DNA of 64,000 nt from an uncultured Candidatus Saccharimonas sp. (lineage in GTDB: Bacteria; Patescibacteriota; Saccharimonadia; Saccharimonadales; AWTP1-31), in the NCBI GenBank assembly GCA_943354005.1, contig CALRBE010000003.1, positions 30,153-94,152 of the forward strand, given 5' to 3'. Made by a program: the position numbers and the translations under genes. Below, piece after piece: positions 29,101-39,693 of this stretch (the stretch's first letter is position 1; every line of letters starts with the position of its first letter). The notes beneath the pieces were generated by a model that made no database searches, was not told the DNA's origin, and saw only the letters and a list, made by a program, of their open reading frames with translations.

Positions 29101-29363
29101 TTATCTTCTATGCACTTCTCGTGAAACACAGTCCCCGCTTTAAGTCCGCAGACATTAGAGGTCAAATGTGGTATGTTGAAGCATCCAGCGCCAAAGAACT
29201 AATTCGTGAGTATATTCCAACAGATACTGAAATAGATTATATGGAAAAGATCATATCGGCCATGTGGAAGAGTATTATGAATCTATCTTTTCCAGATACA
29301 ACTGGATATAGCCAAGACTACGCTGGTGTCTGCGATTTCCAAGCCGATCTTCTAAGTTCGTAA
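26151..29363 (+). CDS. UvrD/PcrA-like SF1 helicase fused to C-terminal RecB-family PD-(D/E)xK nuclease (AddA/RecB-like)
   Basis: N-terminal LVIAGPGTGKTQLL (Walker A) and helicase motifs. The C-terminus carries GTIDRID...IVDYKTG, a RecB nuclease motif. Total 1070 aa. Confidence 0.8.
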   Translation: MGTYEQFYAELNERQREAVDTIDGPVLVIAGPGTGKTQLLSMRVANILRKTDTSPNSILCLTFTNKAAVNMKDRLIRLTGGEARDVMVKTFHSFATELMNTHPDYFWNGAKLSTAPDAVQIEIIQSILSALPLDNPLALKFAGTFTAGRDVKEALKHVKEAGLTPDKLQAIIEANIRYIDLIEDDLVSILSKPLSAKRLPEIRDAVHALPNQGVSGKMLPLKDLGLFMKESLDFAISQDEGTNKSTNTGEWKKRFIQNVEKVKAMHKERDRNAWWLALVDVYSSYRTALHERGHYDYSDMIVEVITQLQNHASMRADVQEQFQYVLIDEFQDSNAAQLQLAHLISDHHANEGSPNLMAVGDDDQSIYKFNGAELNNMMSFETSYPTTKRIVLEDNYRSSQDVLDAASKVITLANDRLVLRDKTMSKNLKALNPPLTKSTLVHHSYPTQEHELSGVARLVAQEYRSGVHDIAILARGHSSLERLSSILLSLNIPIQYERQNNILDSPVIIQIHAITSLIVAIQEGESRKVTALLSKTLRAPMWNLEPKVLWDLAVANQRGASWLDGMLKSSSPELKEIANWLLWLSSLSMNESLLVTTEHVIGLASSEQYTSPVKAYFMHSESKDSDYMQGLSALRKLLGMVHEFSRTSSGTLKDFVTFIQLLIDTNEVVADESNFVSGDNAVQLMTVHKSKGLEFESVYIVDAIDKKWRPKNKGRKAPINVPLKPEGDDGDDYVRLMYVAATRAKRNVIAASFREDINGADELVSPLIHEALSLKVHERDDLEPAISVLEENLTWPHLNDTDEKRILRDALESYAISATAVLDFLDVSNGGPERFFERHLLRLPTVTTTSMAFGTAIHSALEYAQIATNTDSLSSKKVFAAYEKALIDQQLSPTDEQRYLEHGRLLLDKLLTSETFWIGKGGIPEQKMHDIAIGPARLKGTIDRIDISKDHLTIVDYKTGLPLNSFTTNDKAKQLKAWRHRTQLIFYALLVKHSPRFKSADIRGQMWYVEASSAKELIREYIPTDTEIDYMEKIISAMWKSIMNLSFPDTTGYSQDYAGVCDFQADLLSS

Positions 29364-29392
29364 AACAAAAAACCCCCTGGAAGACCAGGGGG
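29362..29392 (-). terminator. rho-independent terminator downstream of aquaporin gene (stem CCCCCTGG/CCAGGGGG, U-tract on minus strand)
   Basis: Perfect 8-bp GC-rich inverted repeat with a 4-nt loop, flanked by an A-run on the + strand (a U-run for the minus transcript). Confidence 0.6.
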
Positions 29393-29417
29393 CACAAACA
29401 ATAATTGTTATTATTAA

Positions 29418-30068
29418 TTATTTTTTTGTTTTCTTAGCCTTAGACTTAGGTACAGCTATGTCAGTGAATAGTAACATGTACATGTTCATTCCAAGTATTG
29501 ATCCAATCACAGGACCAGCTGCGTATGCCCAGTTGAATGAGTTAAGTCCAATTGCAACTGCAGGGTTTAGAATAGCGTTAGATGCTAGAGAGGCAACTAC
29601 GATACCGACAGTAAGTGATCCACCGACAGCAAACGCTAGCTTTCCACCTTCAAATTTACGATACACTGCATTTGCGACACCGAAGCCGAAGACAAGAGCA
29701 CCAATCGCTTCTGACAGTAGTACTTTCCATTCGAACTTACCGGCAATATTTTCAATAGGTTGTCCTACAAGATACTTAATTAGGTATAGTGCTGCAACAC
29801 CGCCAAGGACCTGAGCGACTACATACATAACAGCTCTTGCAGTGCTTATCTTTTTAATTGACCAAAGACCTAAAGTGATCGCAGGGTTAACGTGTGCACC
29901 AGTTTTTGGGCCAATTGAGAGAACAAGACCACCTACAGTTAGACCTGCTGCAATTGCTGCAAATAGCGGGAATGATGTTCGTGCGACCATGGCATATACT
30001 GCAGTCACCAGGATCATAACACCAAAAGCTTCAGCAATGGCAATAGTTACTTTTTGTTTATCTAACAT
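29418..30068 (-). CDS. MIP-family channel (aquaporin/glycerol facilitator)
   Basis: GAHVNPAITLG NPA box. 216 aa, six TM helices. C-terminal KSKAKKTKK tail. Confidence 0.85.
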   Translation of the reverse strand: MLDKQKVTIAIAEAFGVMILVTAVYAMVARTSFPLFAAIAAGLTVGGLVLSIGPKTGAHVNPAITLGLWSIKKISTARAVMYVVAQVLGGVAALYLIKYLVGQPIENIAGKFEWKVLLSEAIGALVFGFGVANAVYRKFEGGKLAFAVGGSLTVGIVVASLASNAILNPAVAIGLNSFNWAYAAGPVIGSILGMNMYMLLFTDIAVPKSKAKKTKK

Positions 30069-30144
30069 TTATATTCTCCTTATTTTGTTTATATCTAAAA
30101 CAATACTACTGGTTATAGAAATATGCAACAGTAGTCAGCAGTAA

Positions 30145-31113
30145 TTAGGCCGCGGCAGAGACAACAAATACAGGGAGGTCGCCCTTAGTAAGTGTTCCTG
30201 CTGTCGCAAGGGTATAGACTACCATGCTTATTAGAGCTTGTTTTTGTTCATCTTCGCTTTCCGGATAGAGACGTTCTGCTACTGTAGCTAGTCGAGGTAC
30301 ATCAACTCCAAAAACCTGTGCCTGTTCACTACTAATACTTCGGATGTGTTGCTGGTTTACTGTATAGCCAGGGACAGTATTTAGTACTATCGCAACTTCT
30401 TGATGAGCTCCAGTGAGTTCTTTGACTATTTTACCGTCTTCGATAATTTCTTCCATAACTCCAGAGCCCTTGTAGGCATCCTCATGATGATTCTGATGGT
30501 AACTCTTAAAGTTATCAATAACTTCCTGAACACCTTCATCATCACCAAGAATTAGTGCAGCGGCACCCTTAATCTTGTCTTCAAAAACTCCAACGTTTTC
30601 AATAATGCGTGGCGCTTTATCAATTGCCCCACAGCCACAGTTGTCACCTGAAGCATGATCATCTGTGTGTGCACCGAATGGTAGGTCATGCTTCGCAAGA
30701 TCACCAATTGCTGTTGAGAATAAATCTTGGAGATCATTGTCTTTACTTTTACCCTGGCCAACAAGCGCTGCTACTGCCATTGTTGCTCCGCCGCCAAATA
30801 TCTTTGCACGATGCAAGGATCGCTCTCGAACTTTAGTGCCTTCATAGATACTAGCTACTTCGCGGCCATCACCGCAGCCATCGTCATCGACTTGTCGTCC
30901 TTCTTTATCTTCGTCAATTTTAACAAGAATTTCTTCTGAATCTATAGCGGCTAAAACATCTTTAAGTACGTCTGTATCAACTTCGGCAGATGATATTGTG
31001 CCTTCTCCAAAGCCTAATCCTTCTTCAGCAATACAATTTACTTCAATATTCTGCACTATAATATCCTCTCCTTTTTTAATATCATGACTCATTGATAACT
31101 CTTTTTTTTCCAT
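30145..31113 (-). CDS. hypothetical acidic metal-binding-motif protein (CxDxR-like and HxxGDNCGCG motifs)
   Basis: DDDGCGDGR and HTDDHASGDNCGCGAID resemble the Cys/His zinc-ligand motifs of beta-carbonic anhydrases. Length (322 aa) and remainder are atypical. Confidence 0.4.
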   Translation of the reverse strand: MEKKELSMSHDIKKGEDIIVQNIEVNCIAEEGLGFGEGTISSAEVDTDVLKDVLAAIDSEEILVKIDEDKEGRQVDDDGCGDGREVASIYEGTKVRERSLHRAKIFGGGATMAVAALVGQGKSKDNDLQDLFSTAIGDLAKHDLPFGAHTDDHASGDNCGCGAIDKAPRIIENVGVFEDKIKGAAALILGDDEGVQEVIDNFKSYHQNHHEDAYKGSGVMEEIIEDGKIVKELTGAHQEVAIVLNTVPGYTVNQQHIRSISSEQAQVFGVDVPRLATVAERLYPESEDEQKQALISMVVYTLATAGTLTKGDLPVFVVSAAA

Positions 31114-31225
31114 TCAGCTCCCGATGATGCTTCATTTAAATTTTTGAAAATACTAAAAAAGTATACTCTTAGGAATAGGGAAGGTCAACAGGATTATGAT
31201 ATAATTTATACGGAGTTACAAACTT

Positions 31226-31552
31226 ATGACAGAACCGTCTAAATACGAGAAAATAATTGATTCACTACCGTACGATAAATTATTGATTGTTCATAATGAA
31301 GGTTCTCGAATGATGATTAATGCCTACTTACGTGATTTACGACCAAAAGTTCATGAAAGTGAACGTCGACTTACGACTTTTATATACAACGATCGAATCC
31401 CTCTTCTAGATCAAGACAATTCTGGACATAATTTTCATCTTACGGACCATGAGCTTAAAGCATGTATTGCTGCCGGGGTTATAGCCGGAATTACCAGCAC
31501 AGTTGAATGGGTCGGTGAAGCACTCTTACAAGAGCTACCTGGCGAAAACTAG
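31226..31552 (+). CDS. hypothetical protein
   Basis: 108-aa ORF in the gap between divergent genes. Confidence 0.4.
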   Translation: MTEPSKYEKIIDSLPYDKLLIVHNEGSRMMINAYLRDLRPKVHESERRLTTFIYNDRIPLLDQDNSGHNFHLTDHELKACIAAGVIAGITSTVEWVGEALLQELPGEN

Positions 31553-31554
31553 GT

Positions 31555-31979
31555 TTAGGATCGTTTACGGCGACGTAGTTCAGAAACGCGGAGTCGTATT
31601 GCTTGGCGATCTACTAAAGATTGAGCATGTTCTAAAGAGACGTCATCTTTTGCTTGGCCACGCAGATGTTTAGCAGCATCATGAGCTTTCTTTGTTTCTT
31701 GCTCATTAATTTCACTTTCGCTATCTGCTTCATCTACAAGTACCCGCACAATGTTGTGAGATATTTCAATGACACCACCGTTTGTAGCATAGTGTTCCAT
31801 TCGGGTGTCCGGATCACCCGCTTTACGCCTTACTGAGATAACTCCAGGGCTGGCTAGACTGATTAGTGGCATATGATTCAAGAACACAGCTATAGAGCCG
31901 TCAGGAGTCGGTAGTACGACCTCAAAGACGTTATCACTAACTTTAGTTCCGCTCAATGTCACTAGATCAAATCTTATCA

Positions 31980-31980
<1 letters not shown>
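31555..31980 (-). CDS. atpC: F1 ATP synthase epsilon subunit
   Basis: Last gene of the atp operon. Beta-sandwich N-terminus followed by a helical C-terminus, 141 aa. Confidence 0.85.
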
Positions 31981-33383
<1,403 letters not shown>

Positions 33384-33444
33384 TTAGTGGGTGGGGTGGT
33401 TATCTGTAATTCATGTTTCATATCTACGAAACGACGTTTTCTTA

Positions 33445-34311
33445 TCATTGTATGGCCTCCGCACCACCAGTAATTTCAGCCAGCTCTTGGGTAATTGCTG
33501 CTTGGCGGGCTGTATTAAAGGCAAGGGTAAGGTCGTCAATTAGGTCACTGGCATTATCGGTTGCGCTCTTCATAGCCATCATGCGCATAGACTGCTCACT
33601 AGCACTAGACTCCATGAAGGCCTGAGCAATTTGGGATTCAATTAATCTTTCAGTGACTGACTCGAGAACTTTCTTAGGAGATGGCTCAAAGACAGCGTCA
33701 CTAATGGATTCCTTAACATCATCTATTACGACTGCAGCCGGTAAAACTTGTTCCGTAGTTACTTCCTGCACAATACTAGATTTGTAATCAGTATAGGTAA
33801 CGCTAACTAGGTCAACGTCTTTAGTCTTAAAGGTAGATAGGACCTCATCAAGGATAGGACGGATTGTTTGAGTAGTTGGTTGCTCCGGAAAATCTTCATA
33901 GGCAGAAACGACTTCCACACCCTTGAATCGAATAATAAACTTAGCGCCTTGTTTACCGATAACAATAACTTTACTAGTAATGCCATTTTCCTTATCAGAA
34001 ATAAGTTCTTTAGTAATTTGTCGAAGAACATTACTATTGTAAGCTCCGGCTAATCCTCGGTTACTAGTAATGACAACGTGTAGTCGAGCTTTTACTTCAC
34101 GCTCGACGTATAAAGGATGCTTAGATACATCTGTTAATTCACGAAGTCTAGCTAAAATCTCTCGGGCTAAGTTTCGGTAGTCCCGACTCTTAACAGCCAG
34201 CTCTTGAGCACGACGCATTTTACTAGCGCTAACAAGTTCCATAGCTTTGGTTATCTGCTTGGTGTTCTTAACGCTTCCGATGCGTGCTTTAAGTTGCTGA
34301 CTGCTGGCCAT
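33445..34311 (-). CDS. atpG: F1 ATP synthase gamma subunit
   Basis: 288 aa. Conserved N- and C-terminal helices (MASSQQLKARIGSVKNTKQITKAMELVSASKMRRAQ). Confidence 0.9.
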   Translation of the reverse strand: MASSQQLKARIGSVKNTKQITKAMELVSASKMRRAQELAVKSRDYRNLAREILARLRELTDVSKHPLYVEREVKARLHVVITSNRGLAGAYNSNVLRQITKELISDKENGITSKVIVIGKQGAKFIIRFKGVEVVSAYEDFPEQPTTQTIRPILDEVLSTFKTKDVDLVSVTYTDYKSSIVQEVTTEQVLPAAVVIDDVKESISDAVFEPSPKKVLESVTERLIESQIAQAFMESSASEQSMRMMAMKSATDNASDLIDDLTLAFNTARQAAITQELAEITGGAEAIQ

Positions 34312-34313
34312 GT

Positions 34314-35843
34314 TTAGCTTTCCTTCAATCCTGTCACTGCATCATGTGCAACACTTAAGATAATCTTCTTGGTAGCGTCAGTTGGCTTGTCACCCTTATT
34401 GAGTTCATCCATAGCTTTTTTGTGATGCACACTAAGTCCGTTAAGTAGTGAATCTTGGGCTGATTTAATTTTTGTCACAGCAATACCGTCGAAGGCTCCT
34501 TCTGTTGCTGCAAAGAGAAGGGCAGTCTGTTCCCAGACACCTAGCGGGCTATATTGCGATTGCTTCAATAGCTCAGTTAATCTTTGGCCACGTTCGATCT
34601 TCTGTTTTGTTTCAGGATCAAGATCTGTACTGAACTGAGCGAAGGCTGCAAGTTCACGGAACTGAGCAAGGTCGAGTCTTAGACTTCCAGCAACGCTCTT
34701 AACTGCCTTGGTTTGTGCCGCTCCACCAACACGTGAAACAGATAGACCGACAGATACAGCTGGTCGAATACCTTGGTAGAACAAGTTTGTTTCCATGAAA
34801 ATCTGACCGTCCGTAATAGAAATAACGTTAGTAGGGATATAGGCGCTAATATCACCAGCCTGAGTTTCAATGATAGGAAGTGCAGTAAGACTACCGCCAC
34901 CTTTTTCATCGCTCATTTTAGCGGCACGTTCGAGTAACCTAGAGTGAAGGTAGAAAACATCACCTGGATAAGCTTCTCGTCCTGGTGGGCGTCGGAGAAG
35001 TAGTGACATCTGGCGATATGCAACGGCGTGTTTAGTAAGGTCATCGAAAGTAATGAGTGCATGCTGACCATTATCTCGGAAATACTCACCAATTGCTGCA
35101 CCGGCATATGGAGCTAAGTACTGCAAGCTGGCAGGATCTGATGCGCTAGTTGCAACCACAATAGTTTGGTCCATGACACCTTCACGCTTCAATCGTTCAA
35201 TTATACGTGCGACTTTACTTAGTTTCTGGCCAATAGCTACATATATATTAATAACACCAGTTTTTTGACGATGCTGGTTAATCATAGTATCGATAGCGAT
35301 TGCAGTTTTACCAGTCTGACGGTCACCAATGATTAACTCACGCTGGCCACGTCCAATAGGTACCATAGCGTCGATAGCTATAAGACCTGTCATTAGTGGT
35401 TCATTAACACTTTTTCGATCAAGTACGCCAGGAGCAGTTTGTTCGATTAAGCCTTTATGGCTAGTCTTGATTGGACCTTTATCGTCTAGTGGGTTTCCGA
35501 GTGGATCAACAACTCGTCCAATTAGTTCAGGTCCTACTGGAATCTGGAGAACTTGTCCAGTTAGCTTAACTCGCATGCCGGCTCGAACCTTGACGTCTTC
35601 ACCCATTAGCACTGCACCGATTTCACCTTCCATAAGGTTTAGTGCGAATGCTGGTACTGCACCATCTTCAGTTTCAATCTCAAGCATTTCATTATAGCCA
35701 CATTTTTGTAGGCCATAAATCCAAGCGATACCATCACCAATTCGTGTAACAATTCCAACGCTTTCAATATCCGGACTTGTTTTCAAGTCAGCTATTGCTT
35801 GTCTTATATCGTTGGATAGTTCTTTAATACTAATTTCTGCCAT
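34314..35843 (-). CDS. atpA: F1 ATP synthase alpha subunit
   Basis: [19 protein letters not shown]-loop region. 509 aa. Confidence 0.95.
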   Translation of the reverse strand: MAEISIKELSNDIRQAIADLKTSPDIESVGIVTRIGDGIAWIYGLQKCGYNEMLEIETEDGAVPAFALNLMEGEIGAVLMGEDVKVRAGMRVKLTGQVLQIPVGPELIGRVVDPLGNPLDDKGPIKTSHKGLIEQTAPGVLDRKSVNEPLMTGLIAIDAMVPIGRGQRELIIGDRQTGKTAIAIDTMINQHRQKTGVINIYVAIGQKLSKVARIIERLKREGVMDQTIVVATSASDPASLQYLAPYAGAAIGEYFRDNGQHALITFDDLTKHAVAYRQMSLLLRRPPGREAYPGDVFYLHSRLLERAAKMSDEKGGGSLTALPIIETQAGDISAYIPTNVISITDGQIFMETNLFYQGIRPAVSVGLSVSRVGGAAQTKAVKSVAGSLRLDLAQFRELAAFAQFSTDLDPETKQKIERGQRLTELLKQSQYSPLGVWEQTALLFAATEGAFDGIAVTKIKSAQDSLLNGLSVHHKKAMDELNKGDKPTDATKKIILSVAHDAVTGLKES

Positions 35844-35858
35844 GTCTATTATCTCCTC

Positions 35859-36254
35859 TTACGCAGCACTGCCTTTTAGTCGTTGTAATTGCCGGCGTAC
35901 GGTCAAATCTAAACGATGTTCTGCTGTTTCACAGCGCACACCGCCAATTACATCTGGGTTTATTGTTTCTTCGAGATGAATATGTTTCGCATCACTTTGA
36001 TTACGGAACATATCGCTAATCTCTTCCTTGATTGCTGCACTCAAATCATGAGCTGACGTAACATGAACATAGAGCGTGTCATCCTGAACTAGTAATTGCT
36101 TCTCAATATCACGAATGATTGCACCAACGTCGTTCATGCGTCGTTCATCGATAAGGTACGAAGCCAGGGAAGCACTTACTCGAGCAATTGAGCGGCCAGC
36201 CTTAAGCTCACTAACTACAGCACGAGCGACAGTCTTGTTTGACTGCTTACTCAT
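35859..36254 (-). CDS. atpH: F1 ATP synthase delta (OSCP) subunit, short form
   Basis: Lies between atpF and atpA. At 131 aa it is shorter than typical (~180 aa). Confidence 0.65.
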   Translation of the reverse strand: MSKQSNKTVARAVVSELKAGRSIARVSASLASYLIDERRMNDVGAIIRDIEKQLLVQDDTLYVHVTSAHDLSAAIKEEISDMFRNQSDAKHIHLEETINPDVIGGVRCETAEHRLDLTVRRQLQRLKGSAA

Positions 36255-36787
36255 GCTCGTACCTTTGCTAGTGCACGCTGAATCAGGCTGGCATCTTTGG
36301 TCTTATCGAGCTTCTCTTGAATGATTATTTCAGTAGCTTCACTAACAAGAGTCAGCATTTCAGCTTGTAATTCTTGTCTAGCTGTCTGCATCTCACGTTC
36401 AATACGTAATGATGCATCCTTAAGCATACCGTCAATTTTTAGCGTCGCAGTATCTTCACCGGCTTTAATAATTCCACCGGCTTCTTGATGTGCTTCAGCA
36501 ATAATCTTTTCAGCTTCAACTCGGGCAGACTGTTGCATTTTCTTCAGCGAATCATCAAACTTGGACTTTTCGTCTTCCATCTCAATACCAAGCTCAACAC
36601 CCTTATCAATAGTTTGACGACGCTTTTCGAGCGTATCAACAATACCTTTGAGTGCGAACTTCTTGATAATCAAGAATAGAATTAGAAAGGTTCCAGCTTG
36701 CAGCAAAATAGCCTTGGGGTCTATACCAAGTACTGCGATGCCTTCTTTTTGTTCACTTGCGAAGAGCAAGATTAGGGGATTACCCAT
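36251..36787 (-). CDS. atpF: Fo ATP synthase subunit b
   Basis: N-terminal TM helix followed by a long charged helix rich in E/K/A/Q. Confidence 0.8.
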   Translation of the reverse strand: MGNPLILLFASEQKEGIAVLGIDPKAILLQAGTFLILFLIIKKFALKGIVDTLEKRRQTIDKGVELGIEMEDEKSKFDDSLKKMQQSARVEAEKIIAEAHQEAGGIIKAGEDTATLKIDGMLKDASLRIEREMQTARQELQAEMLTLVSEATEIIIQEKLDKTKDASLIQRALAKVRA

Positions 36788-36874
36788 ATATCGTCTCCTG
36801 ATTTTGTATTAGATCTACCATATGTACTACTCTCTGTAGCAAGTAATTGCTACAGAATTCTTTTTTTCAACTAC

Positions 36875-37141
36875 TTATTTAATAATAATTGCGCCCAAGA
36901 ATGCGAGCAGTGCTGTAACTTCGATCATAGCCGCGATGATAACGATCTGACCTGAGGCTTTTCCAGCTTCTGGGTTACGACCAATAGCATTCATATATGC
37001 GTTTCCGACCATACCTAGGCCAATTGCTGCGCCCAAGAATGCGATACCAAGCATGAATGCTTTTGCTGCAACTGGGTTCCATCCACCACGTACAGCTACT
37101 TCTACTGTTTCAGCGGCAAATCTTGTTATTGTTGGATTCAT
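36875..37141 (-). CDS. atpE: Fo ATP synthase subunit c
   Basis: 88 aa, two TM helices. Conserved carboxylate in IAAMIEVTALLAFLGA. Confidence 0.85.
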   Translation of the reverse strand: MNPTITRFAAETVEVAVRGGWNPVAAKAFMLGIAFLGAAIGLGMVGNAYMNAIGRNPEAGKASGQIVIIAAMIEVTALLAFLGAIIIK

Positions 37142-37196
37142 TTCTTTCTCCCTTTATTTACTTTTCCAAGCGTATTGTATACGACTTGTTCTTAAT

Positions 37197-38066
37197 TTAA
37201 TGTATAACATCACCCTCGAAGCGAGCCACAACTGGATCAACTTCGTGAGCTGTATGTTCATCATCATGGCCGTGCGATATAGCCAAGCCTAAGTATGTAG
37301 CGCAGAGCACTGTAAATACATAGGCCTGAATACAGGCGACCAAGATTTCGAACATCGCAATTGGTAAAATAGTGAACGACTGAAAATCTTTACCAATAAA
37401 GGCAAAGACTGCGATCAAGATTTCACCGACAACGGTGTTCAAAAACAAACGTAAACTTAAACTAATCAAACGGGTTAACTCACCAAATACTTCTAGCAAT
37501 CCAATAAACATATTAATTGGATTGAGAGGCTTATCTGTAAAGTAGTGCTTAAAATGGCCAGATGCACCTGATTCCTTAATGGAAAGAATCTGTAACGTAA
37601 TAATAGCAATAATACTCATCGCAATTGTGCCGTTTAAGTCAGCGGTGAATGCTCGTAGTAGTGGGAAAGTTCCCTCGGCAGTTGTCGCTGTGATACCAGG
37701 ACCAACCCATGGCATGATACCCATAATATTTATAAATATAATGAAAATGAAAAAGGTACCAAAGATTGGTGCGTACTTAGCAGCTTTCTTGCGGCTACCA
37801 AGTGGGCCTTCAATAAGTCCCATCACAAATTCCATTATCATTTCAAAGAACTGTGTAATACCAGCTCGTGCTTTTAGGCGCATATGCTTTCGTGCGAATA
37901 TACTGGCTGATAGCAATAAGAATACGCATATCAGGCCGTAGATCAATGAGTTGGTTATATTAAAACCACCGACGGTTAATACAACCTCCGGAGCTAATGC
38001 AATATGTGGTTCATCTCCGCCACTTGCAAGTAATGTCAGGGCGTTTAACATGCTACCTCTTGGCAC
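37197..38066 (-). CDS. atpB: Fo ATP synthase subunit a
   Basis: 289 aa multi-TM. Conserved Arg helix region LSLRLFLNTVVGE. Confidence 0.85.
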   Translation of the reverse strand: MPRGSMLNALTLLASGGDEPHIALAPEVVLTVGGFNITNSLIYGLICVFLLLSASIFARKHMRLKARAGITQFFEMIMEFVMGLIEGPLGSRKKAAKYAPIFGTFFIFIIFINIMGIMPWVGPGITATTAEGTFPLLRAFTADLNGTIAMSIIAIITLQILSIKESGASGHFKHYFTDKPLNPINMFIGLLEVFGELTRLISLSLRLFLNTVVGEILIAVFAFIGKDFQSFTILPIAMFEILVACIQAYVFTVLCATYLGLAISHGHDDEHTAHEVDPVVARFEGDVIH

Positions 38067-38220
38067 ACGGTAGTTGTCGTCATTGAAATGGCGGCATTTT
38101 TCTTCATCTTTAATAAAGTATAACAGGTGTCGCTACTCTGTTGCAACAGCTTTTTGCATAAAGTCAAAAGTACTGTTTTGCAGCAATTCAATTCATGACA
38201 AAATGGTGTACAATATTAAT

Positions 38221-38451
38221 ATGATTACGCTTTATACATCACCCGGTTGTGCATACTGCCATATGGCCAGAGAATACCTAAAATCTAAGAAGCAGAAATT
38301 TAAAGAATACGATATTAGTGATAATCCAAAAGCCTACAAATGGGTCATGGACCACGTACAACAGGCTGCGACTCCAGTTATAGATATCAAAGGTACAATT
38401 ATCCTTGGCTTTAACCGTGAACAGATAGATCTTGCGCTAAGATCCAAGTAG
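38221..38451 (+). CDS. glutaredoxin-like protein (NrdH/YruB-like, CxxC)
   Basis: MITLYTSPGCAYCHMAREYL carries a thioredoxin-fold CxxC. The ORF begins at 38074, but the conserved domain starts at Met 38221, and an extended -10-like TGtACAAT lies just upstream. Confidence 0.6.
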   Translation: MITLYTSPGCAYCHMAREYLKSKKQKFKEYDISDNPKAYKWVMDHVQQAATPVIDIKGTIILGFNREQIDLALRSK

Positions 38452-38534
38452 ACGCTACACCTAGTGTTCTTTATTTACATTTTGACACTATATGTGTAAC
38501 ATATAAGTAGTATTAAACGACTGCGAGGTTCAAA

Positions 38535-39053
38535 ATGCACGATTCAAATATCGAGAGTAACCCTGCCTTTCAGCCTTATGAACCCTCTACGCCACAACCA
38601 GACTATCCTCAAATACCTGAACTCCTGAAGTTACATGAACGAGAACTTTTCGGTGCACCAGGAGTTGGTGTCTTTGATCCAGTAGCATCTACCAGACATT
38701 CCCGCCTTGATGGCCTCCTTGGAGTTCTTGGAACTTTTGAGCAGTACCAAGAGTTCAATGACATGCCTCATGATAAGTTTCAAAAACTAAAGTTTAAAAT
38801 GAATAGCAAAATGCGGCTAAACGGCCAGTCGACAACAATTAGTGAAATACTTGATGGGGGCCATGAAGCATTTATGGAAATATACGAAGCGAAAGTTATG
38901 GAAAATGATCCACTAGCGCAGACACTCTATGAAATAAAGTGCCACGAACCTCCACTCAAAGAAAAAGCGTTTGAAGAGCTTATGGACGATGCCATCATCG
39001 TATTTGCTAAAGACTCACTGCAACGCATTGTTACTGAAACTACAAAACACTAA
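38535..39053 (+). CDS. hypothetical protein
   Basis: 172-aa ORF. No motif recognised. Confidence 0.4.
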   Translation: MHDSNIESNPAFQPYEPSTPQPDYPQIPELLKLHERELFGAPGVGVFDPVASTRHSRLDGLLGVLGTFEQYQEFNDMPHDKFQKLKFKMNSKMRLNGQSTTISEILDGGHEAFMEIYEAKVMENDPLAQTLYEIKCHEPPLKEKAFEELMDDAIIVFAKDSLQRIVTETTKH

Positions 39054-39588
39054 ACGTATATTCCCAACCAGGCTGCCAGGCTTGTGTCTTGCGCCAGTCA
39101 GTTTCAATAGACTGCTTCCATGTCTTACGATTAAGCAGCACCTCTAAAGCCAGTTGCGGTGCCTGATGGGCAACAATAGCGATATGACCATTAGGATACT
39201 TTTTTACTGCATCATTTAAAAAGTCTTTGATGCGTAACTCAACGTCCAGATAGCTTTCGCCATCAGGGTAGGGTATGTCAATGTATTCCTGTTCACGGCC
39301 TTTTTTAAAATCTAATGCTGGCGTACCGTCAAAAGATCCGTAATTGCATTCGCGAAGTCTTTGATCAGCATTTTTAGAAATATGTTTACCAAAAAATATA
39401 TCGGCTGATTCAATTGCTCGCTTCAAATCTGATGTGTAGATAGCATCGAAGGTTCTATGTTTGATGCGTTCATGAAGATCTTCTGCACGCCGTATACCTT
39501 CAGCCGACAATGAACTGTCTAGCCATCCGGTTGCAATACCGTTTTCATTATCTTTTGTAATGCTATGAGAAAAATATGTAATCTTCAT
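39040..39588 (-). CDS. histidine phosphatase superfamily protein (phosphoglycerate mutase-like), atypical SHS instead of RHG
   Basis: KITYFSHSITKDNENGIATGWLDSSLSAEGIRRAEDL follows the branch-1 histidine phosphatase N-terminal layout. Confidence 0.55.
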   Translation of the reverse strand: MKITYFSHSITKDNENGIATGWLDSSLSAEGIRRAEDLHERIKHRTFDAIYTSDLKRAIESADIFFGKHISKNADQRLRECNYGSFDGTPALDFKKGREQEYIDIPYPDGESYLDVELRIKDFLNDAVKKYPNGHIAIVAHQAPQLALEVLLNRKTWKQSIETDWRKTQAWQPGWEYTFSVL

Positions 39589-39693
39589 GACAGAATAGTA
39601 TCAAAAATATTATCAATCGATGTGAATATTGAACATTGGCGCGAGTATTGTTAGAGTAATCCAAAAAATAATAAATAGGATATACTAAAATAT

